In this document: piece after piece, positions 17,931 through 23,887 of the stretch | Numbering within the stretch: position 1 is the first letter of the stretch | Layout: each line of letters begins with the position of its first letter | NCBI GenBank assembly: GCA_038207085.1 | Contig: JBBRAE010000039.1 | Location: 1-23,887, forward strand | Direction: 5' to 3' | Length of the DNA: 23,887 nucleotides | Origin: Armatimonadota bacterium | GTDB taxonomy: Bacteria; Armatimonadota; UBA5829; DTLH01 | Made by a program: the position numbers and the translations under genes | The notes under the pieces: generated by a model | Database searches by the model: none | What the model saw: only the letters and a program-made list of their open reading frames with translations | What the model was told of the DNA's origin: nothing

Positions 17931-18290
17931 ATGAACCGCTGGGGTAAGAAAATGCTCTTCTACTATAATCGGGCGTCCAGTGCAGTCTACGATGTCCACA
18001 GCCCCACGTACAGCCGTCCGGATTACCACGAGGCGCTTGTCGTCGCGATATCCCGCGCACATCGCTTCAAGAAGATGCTGGACGAGGGCAGGTACGGATC
18101 GGTGGCGGAGATGGCGCGGGCGCTGAAGATGAACCGATACTACATGGCTCGTCTGCTCCGGCTTACGCTCATTGCCCCGGACATCACAGAATCGATACTC
18201 AGTGGAAACGAGCCCGGAGGACTGTCGCTGAACTGCCTTGTTCAGGCGATACCCGAGCTTTGTACGGAACAGATGAGGGTTATGGAATGA
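17931..18290 (+). CDS. HTH-type protein of the kind found in serine-recombinase modules of integrative elements and prophages
   Basis: ALVVAISRAHRFKKMLDEGRYGSVAEMA..MARLLRLTLIAPDITESILSGNEP; ggagg RBS; may be degenerate. Confidence 0.65.
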   Translation: MNRWGKKMLFYYNRASSAVYDVHSPTYSRPDYHEALVVAISRAHRFKKMLDEGRYGSVAEMARALKMNRYYMARLLRLTLIAPDITESILSGNEPGGLSLNCLVQAIPELCTEQMRVME

Positions 18291-18514
18291 GCCTTTCTGA
18301 TGCTGGAACCTGAGCCTGCAGGCAGTGCCATTTTCGGGCACCAACAATACTGATGCAGAAGTCTAGTCGAACAGGGACATGGTAGCGTCCAATAAACGCT
18401 CTGTCTACTGCTGCCGATCGGGACAGGTGGCCAGGTTCGTGTCAATGATGACGAAACCAAGTCTCAATGTTCCGTGCCACCCGCGATGACCCCAAAATCA
18501 CGAGGTCGAACCCC

Positions 18515-18604
18515 ACCTCGACCACAAGATTCAGAGAAAACCGTCCAGAAAGAGAGAAAATGTCGGAAAATCTGGTCTTGGAACTCAAACCTCGACCACA
18601 AGAT
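18515..18604. repeat. 16-bp direct repeat acctcgaccacaagat, two copies
   Basis: Identical copies at 18515-18530 and 18589-18604. Confidence 0.7.
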
Positions 18605-18839
18605 GATCTGCCACGAAGATGCCTCAAAAGTCGAGTTTCCTCTCGCAAATACGCAAAAACCCCACCGGATACCCGGTAGGGTCGATTCGCACTGAGAACG
18701 GTTTTTCTTTAGTTAATGGTCTGGCAAGAGTCGGTTCTGCGAACCTCTCTATGAACTGGCGGCGACATCGTGGTGTTTCAACGGTCACAGCGCGCGGTCT
18801 TCAGGAGACGGCTCTGGATGAATTGCCATCGGATATCGG

Positions 18840-19075
18840 ATGCGTGGGGTCTCAGACCGCGCGGGATTCAGCCGAATCTTGCGATAGCGACTCGACCGAT
18901 GTTGCCGTCCGCTTGTGTCACGGCGTCGGCATCCCGGAGTATTGTAACCATTTCACGGCTCAATACCCAGCCTGCGAGTTTCCCCTGTCAACGCTCCCCC
19001 GCCGCCCTCACGGACGACAGGACATGACTCGTGGTCAGTGTGCTCGCTACCCCTTGCCGGTTTTGATCGGCGCTG
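18840..19075 (-). ncRNA. Group II intron 5' fragment (domain I), truncated
   Basis: Minus strand reads (ca)gcgccgatcaaaaccggcaagg..gtagcgagc..cgagtcatg..ccgtgaggg..agcgttgacagggg..gcaggctgggtattgagccgtgaaa..gggatgccgacgccgt..gcggacggcaacatc..cgcaag..cccgcgcggtctgagacccc; no RT ORF or domain V seen. Confidence 0.75.
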
Positions 19076-19162
19076 CGACATCAGTGCTGCAAACACTTCC
19101 ACGTCATCACGCCGTTCAGTGAGCTACTTGTGACATCCAACACCTGCCAACTTACCCTGCGT

Positions 19163-19241
19163 TAGCCTGCAATATTCACGAGGAGCGTGAATAATGCTTT
19201 GCTAGCGAGAGCTTTATTCGCTTCACGAATAAAGCGGGTTA
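19163..19241. repeat. 79-bp double-hairpin MITE/REP-like element, copy 2
   Basis: 63/79 identical to 14235-14313, same orientation; stems conserved and loops changed. Confidence 0.85.
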
Positions 19242-19531
19242 GGCGGTACTACGTGGTAAATGTGGAGGATTTGCCTTGGCTTGATGGACGGGACGAATGG
19301 AAGGGACTGAAGACCATCGCGTGTGTAGAGAGCACGAGACCACCTGCGAGGACGCCTGCAGAGTCAGACGGGATCACGGGCCGGAGAACTTCGCAACGAT
19401 CAGACAGATCGCACACAACCTGCTGAATAGAGCTGGAGATAACAGAAGCATAAGACGCAAAATTAACCAGTGCTGCTGGGAAGACGATTTCCTGGCTTCA
19501 GTCGTCGCCGGATTTTAGTGCGTAAGCCCTG
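19242..19531 (+). mobile_element. ISAs1-family transposase 3' remnant with right end
   Basis: RRYYV..EWKGLKTIACVESTR, then a deletion/frameshift to EDACRVRRDHGPENFATIRQIAHNLL..SIRRK..WEDDFLASVV; ends tgcgtaagccctg, an ISAs1-type terminus. Confidence 0.8.
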
Positions 19532-19641
19532 ATGTCTGTACCGATTACGGTTGACTTATGGTCCAGTTCGTGTTAAATATAGAGTGGCTATGGACGCGCG
19601 TACGGTAGCTGGCAAATACTTGATTGAGAGAAACAGTAAGC

Positions 19642-22086
19642 ATGACCGATGGACTAAGAAACTGCGGGGTTCCTCTTGGTGGGCTTGGGACGGGGAGCGT
19701 CGAGATACGGCGCGACGGATATCTGCACGAATGGCAGATCATGAACAACCGACCCTGGGGGAGCGGCCCAGTGGCTGACATTCCGCTTGATGCATTCTTC
19801 TTCGCGCTGAATGTCCGGGGTGAGGCCTGGCAGCGTTCGGCGATACTCGGGATTCCTCCTCCCTACGTCGGTCACGATTTTCGCTTTCTGAACGACCCTT
19901 ACTCAATGCCCTGGGTGACTCACCCGGAGAGTATCGACGCTGAGGTCACTTTCCCATTTACCAGGTTGGACTATCATTTTGCGGATATGCCCATCAAGGT
20001 TGAGCTTGAGGCTTTCAGTCCGTTCATCCCGCTTGATGAGAAGAACTCTGGGCTTCCAGTCGCGTCCTTCACATATTCGCTTACCAACACGAGCACAGAG
20101 CCGCTTGAGGTGTCACTTTTGGGGGCGCTTCGAAATATCGTGGGTTACGCTTCACCTGACTCGCTTTCGGAGATGGTCGCAGATGGCCCGGCCATACACT
20201 TTTCTCGGGATATGGACGCGGGCGCGTCCGATTTTGGGAGCATGGTTCTGGGCTGCCCGGGCGCAGAGGCTGAGGAGTGCTCGTTTGTCCTTCATCCCCG
20301 GAACCCACGGGACATCTGGGAGCCGATTCGATCAGGTGGGAGGCTTGAGAACATTGACCTTGGCGAGTTCGGTGGCAAGCTTGGAAACATCGGCGCGGAA
20401 CGGCTCGCCCGCCTGCGGCAGGGTCTCCCCTACGGCGTGCTCTGCCGCACTCTCCACTTGGAGGCAGGGGCCTCGACGACCGTAACATTTATCCTCGCCT
20501 GGCATTTCCCCAACTTCATCGAGGAGAACTACCCGGAAAAGCAGGTAATTGGTGGCACGATCGGCCATATGTACTCCAACTGGTTTGCTGGCGCACGCGA
20601 GGTCTTCGACTACGCTGTTTCGACGTTTGATGCGCTGAGAAACGAAACCCGGGTCTGGAGCGACTGCTACTTCGACAGTTCCCTCCCGCGCTGGCTCCTT
20701 GATGCGGTCTCAGCCCAGCTAACGACCCTAGTCAAAGCTTCGTGGTGGGACGCTGCCGGCAGGTTCGGAGTCTGGGAGGGCCTAGGGTGCTGCGGCCTGC
20801 AGACCACCGATGTCATCTACTACGGCTCGGCGGCGATCGTCCAACTCTTCCCCGAGATCGAAAAGAGCCAGCTTCGACTGACGCGCGAGCATATCGCAGA
20901 CGGGGCCGTTCCCCACAACATGCCCGGCAACTTTTCCTGCTGCGATATTGACCCCTGCAAGAGGATTGACCTTATTCCTGAGTTCATCCTGCTTCTGTGG
21001 AGGGATGTGCTCTGGACAGGGGACATCGACTATATCCGCGAGATGTGGCCGACGATTCTTGAGGCGCTTGATCGGCTTTGGAGCTACGATACAGATGGCG
21101 ACGGACTGCCTAATAGCAGGGGGCCTGATCAGACCTACGACCAGTTCCCGTTGAAGGGAACCTCGGCCTTCGTCGGGTTCATCTTTGCGGCCTCGCTTCG
21201 TGCAGCGGCTGAACTTGCGGCGCTGATGGGTGACACTGCCTTGGCTGATGACCTTGTAAAGCGTCGTGTGCGTGCGCTTGCTGCCCTCAATGAGCAGCTT
21301 TGGACGGGGGAATACTACAGGTTGAGCTTTGATCCAGCCGAAGGCAAGCCCAACGATGGGGTGATGCTCGATCAGGTCAACGGCGACTGGTTCACCCGTC
21401 TTGCGACCGGGCAAGGGATGCTGCCTGAGGACAAGGTGACCTCGGCTCTTCACAGCGTATTGAATTACTGCTCCGCACCGGAGGGTTATCTCTCAAACTG
21501 CGTGTGGCCGAGTGGCGAGCCGACTTTGATAGGGCGGCATACGGCGGACCAGGCTAATTGGCCATGGAGCGGTGTCGAGTACGCTTCGGCGTCTCATATG
21601 GTTGCGGTAGGACTGCGAGAAGAAGGCCTTCGTGTCGCCCGTGCCGTTTGGGACAGGTACGAACGGGCAGGACTCAGGTTCAACCACGTCGAGTGCGGCG
21701 GGCACTACTGCCGGGCGCTGAGCGCCTGGGCACTTTATCAAGCGTTATGCGGGTTCTGCTACAACGCTCTTGATGAGTCTCTTAGTCTCATTGTTGGGGC
21801 AGAGGAGGTACGCTGCGCGATCACACTTCCGACGGGATGGGGGACGCTTCACTTTGGCGATGGAAAGCTTACGCTTCGTGTGACTCGGGGCAACCTAAGC
21901 CTGCGGACGATTGTGCTCATGATGCCCAACAATGCAGAGTTGATAGTTTCATCCGGCAGTGTCGACGATGTGGTCGAGCGGGAGGCTGGGGCAACGTGCG
22001 TCAAGTTTGCCAAACGCGTTTCGTTTGCGGCTGGGGACTCAATCACACTACATATACTTCCAGAAGATCAGAGGAGAGCACTTTGA
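19642..22086 (+). CDS. Glycoside hydrolase family 116 (beta-glucosidase/glucosylceramidase-like)
   Basis: GVPLGGLGTGSVE, EAFSPFIPLDEKNSGLP, LAWHFPN, GVWEGLGCC, YDTDGDGLP, DQTYD, LWTGEYY, FNHVECGGHYCRALSAW; the start may instead be TTG at 19624. Confidence 0.9.
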   Translation: MTDGLRNCGVPLGGLGTGSVEIRRDGYLHEWQIMNNRPWGSGPVADIPLDAFFFALNVRGEAWQRSAILGIPPPYVGHDFRFLNDPYSMPWVTHPESIDAEVTFPFTRLDYHFADMPIKVELEAFSPFIPLDEKNSGLPVASFTYSLTNTSTEPLEVSLLGALRNIVGYASPDSLSEMVADGPAIHFSRDMDAGASDFGSMVLGCPGAEAEECSFVLHPRNPRDIWEPIRSGGRLENIDLGEFGGKLGNIGAERLARLRQGLPYGVLCRTLHLEAGASTTVTFILAWHFPNFIEENYPEKQVIGGTIGHMYSNWFAGAREVFDYAVSTFDALRNETRVWSDCYFDSSLPRWLLDAVSAQLTTLVKASWWDAAGRFGVWEGLGCCGLQTTDVIYYGSAAIVQLFPEIEKSQLRLTREHIADGAVPHNMPGNFSCCDIDPCKRIDLIPEFILLLWRDVLWTGDIDYIREMWPTILEALDRLWSYDTDGDGLPNSRGPDQTYDQFPLKGTSAFVGFIFAASLRAAAELAALMGDTALADDLVKRRVRALAALNEQLWTGEYYRLSFDPAEGKPNDGVMLDQVNGDWFTRLATGQGMLPEDKVTSALHSVLNYCSAPEGYLSNCVWPSGEPTLIGRHTADQANWPWSGVEYASASHMVAVGLREEGLRVARAVWDRYERAGLRFNHVECGGHYCRALSAWALYQALCGFCYNALDESLSLIVGAEEVRCAITLPTGWGTLHFGDGKLTLRVTRGNLSLRTIVLMMPNNAELIVSSGSVDDVVEREAGATCVKFAKRVSFAAGDSITLHILPEDQRRAL

Positions 22087-23887
22087 AGATACATTCACTT
22101 ATCGACCCCAAACCCGGAGACGCCCCGGCCTATGTTGCAAATGGACTTATCGGACTTCGAGTCGGCCCGGTCCCGTTCCCTCAGACGCAGACGCTTCTGA
22201 ACGGCTACGTCGCCCGCCAGAAATTCAGCGGCTCAGAAGGGTATGACTTTGTGCCGTATCCGGTCGGATGTGACATCCAGATCAATGGCACATGGCTTTC
22301 CAGGCGACCCGACCTCGCGACCTTTGAGCGCCAGGACTACGACTTCTCCTGCGGTGAACTTACCAGCCGGTTCGCGTTCACCGTGAACGGGGTGACAGCA
22401 GTGCTCGAAGTGCTCACATTCTGCAGTCGCTCTATTCCGACCCTTGTGTTGCAGGAAGTGAAAGTCACGCTTGATTCGCCTGCCGAGGTCTGCCTGCGCA
22501 CACAGATCGATCACGCGGGGGTTCCAGGTAGGTGCCTGGAGCGGGTGTTTCCAAAGAAATACGCAGATGCGCTGGTTCACTGGGAGGCTCCGGGCGCTCT
22601 CTCCACCTGTGGCTCAGCCTTTGTGACCGAATTCCTCGGCGCGGACGCTGCTGTAAGCGTCAACAACTGGGGCTTTGAAGAGGACATCCAGGTCAAGAAC
22701 CAGACCTTTGACGCAGAGCCCGGCAGGCTCTATACTCTCCGTCAGTACGGAAGCCTCGTCCCAAGCGCTATGCACGCCGAGCCCCACTGGCAGGCGCTTC
22801 GTCTCCTTGGTGTCGCGACCTGGCAGGGGTTCGACAAACTCCGCGTGGACAACCGGGCGGCTTGGAGTGAACTCTGGCGCGGCAGGATCGTCATCCTCGG
22901 TGCAGATTCGGGGATGCAGGACGCGCTTGACGCCGCGTTCTTCTACCAGAAGAGCTCTGTTCACCCCTCTTCCCCCTGCAGCGTCGCCCCGTTTGGTCTC
23001 GGGAGCCGGGAAGCCTACTATGGCCACGTCTTCTGGGATGCTGAAACGTTTGTCTACCCGATAGAGCTTCTTACCCAGCCCGAAGCTGCCCGCGCGATGC
23101 TCGACTACCGCAGCCGGATGCTCCCCGCTGCTGCGATGAACGCGCGGATGAACGGCTATCTCGGTGTCCAGTTCCCATGGCAAAGCTACGCCTCTGGTGG
23201 CGAGGTTACGCCAGTGTGGGCAGGGGGCGGAATCACCGAGCACCACGTCAACGCAGATGTAGCCGTTGCCTTCGCGCAGTACGTTCACGCGACCGACGAC
23301 GACCTATTCGCCCGTCAGTCCTCGTGGCCTGTGATCCAGGGAGTAGCGGAGTGGATTATGAGCCGTGTGACCAGAACCGGGAGAGGCTATGAGATATTGC
23401 ACGTGACGGGGCCGATTGAGGAATACGACAACGTCAACAACGACGCCTACACCAATATGTCGGCCGCGCTTGCTCTGCGGGAGGCTTCAGCGCTTGGGCG
23501 AAAGCTCGGGATGCGACCACCGGTCACCTGGGACACAGTCGCCGATGGGATGGTGATCCCACTCGACGCAGCGGGCCAAGTGATCGTCTCAAGAGAAGAG
23601 GGAGCACCCCGTGAGCCAGGCGTCGACGCGCTTGCGGCGTTCTTCCCGCTGTCCTTTGAGTGGGATGAAGATATCGTCAGGCGCACGATGGAAAGGGTCG
23701 TTGCCAGTGCCAAACCAGGAGGCGCGATGTTTTCGGGCTTTATGGGAGTCTACGCCGCGCGGCTCGGGGACCGCAGGAAAGCCCGCGAGCTACTGGAAAC
23801 AGGCCTCAGATGCTTTGTCAGTGAGCCGTTCTCGATGTTTACCGAAGTTGCCGACCCCGATCTTACCTGTGGATACAAGGGGCAGGC
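22083..23887 (+). CDS. Glycoside hydrolase family 65 protein, runs off the window (not in the ORF track)
   Basis: TTG at 22083 overlaps the GH116 stop, with a gaggag RBS; hand translation PAYVANGLIGLRV..YYGHVFWDAETF..QFPWQS..EHHVNADVA..VTGPIEEYDNVNNDAYTN; motifs share one frame that is open at the window end. Confidence 0.88.
   Translation, partial: MKIHSLIDPKPGDAPAYVANGLIGLRVGPVPFPQTQTLLNGYVARQKFSGSEGYDFVPYPVGCDIQINGTWLSRRPDLATFERQDYDFSCGELTSRFAFTVNGVTAVLEVLTFCSRSIPTLVLQEVKVTLDSPAEVCLRTQIDHAGVPGRCLERVFPKKYADALVHWEAPGALSTCGSAFVTEFLGADAAVSVNNWGFEEDIQVKNQTFDAEPGRLYTLRQYGSLVPSAMHAEPHWQALRLLGVATWQGFDKLRVDNRAAWSELWRGRIVILGADSGMQDALDAAFFYQKSSVHPSSPCSVAPFGLGSREAYYGHVFWDAETFVYPIELLTQPEAARAMLDYRSRMLPAAAMNARMNGYLGVQFPWQSYASGGEVTPVWAGGGITEHHVNADVAVAFAQYVHATDDDLFARQSSWPVIQGVAEWIMSRVTRTGRGYEILHVTGPIEEYDNVNNDAYTNMSAALALREASALGRKLGMRPPVTWDTVADGMVIPLDAAGQVIVSREEGAPREPGVDALAAFFPLSFEWDEDIVRRTMERVVASAKPGGAMFSGFMGVYAARLGDRRKARELLETGLRCFVSEPFSMFTEVADPDLTCGYKGQ

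Noticed and set aside
18750..18765. tRNA 3'-end att remnant (aactggcgg)
   Set aside because: The match is too short and no T-arm sequence follows.
18467..19122. ORFs 18467-18695, 18619-19122 and 18770-19027 as real genes
   Set aside because: They have no recognisable motifs and overlap repeats and the intron fragment.

Overview
Bacterial window, probably from an anaerobic, sugar-degrading Armatimonadota/PVC-like organism (inferred from the prepilin-type H-X9-DG protein and the glycoside hydrolase set). The left part holds a prepilin-like DUF1559 protein, a lipoprotein, alkaline phosphatase, a BON protein and a GH130. The centre is a complete hdrCBA-flxDCBA (mvhD/asrAB-like) electron-bifurcation operon under a sigma70 promoter with a Rex-like operator. 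Its intergenic spacers are filled with heptamer tandem/inverted repeats and palindromes, and two spacers carry cargo: an inverted-repeat-flanked GxxExxY nuclease pseudogene and an orphan ORF. The right part holds an acyltransferase-3 and a ~5 kb segment bracketed by two copies of a 79-bp double-hairpin element. That segment contains a large secreted carbohydrate-active protein, a recombinase-module HTH gene and a group II intron 5' fragment. It is followed by an ISAs1 remnant, a GH116 and a GH65 that runs off the window. Family calls come from motif recognition by eye, without database searches.
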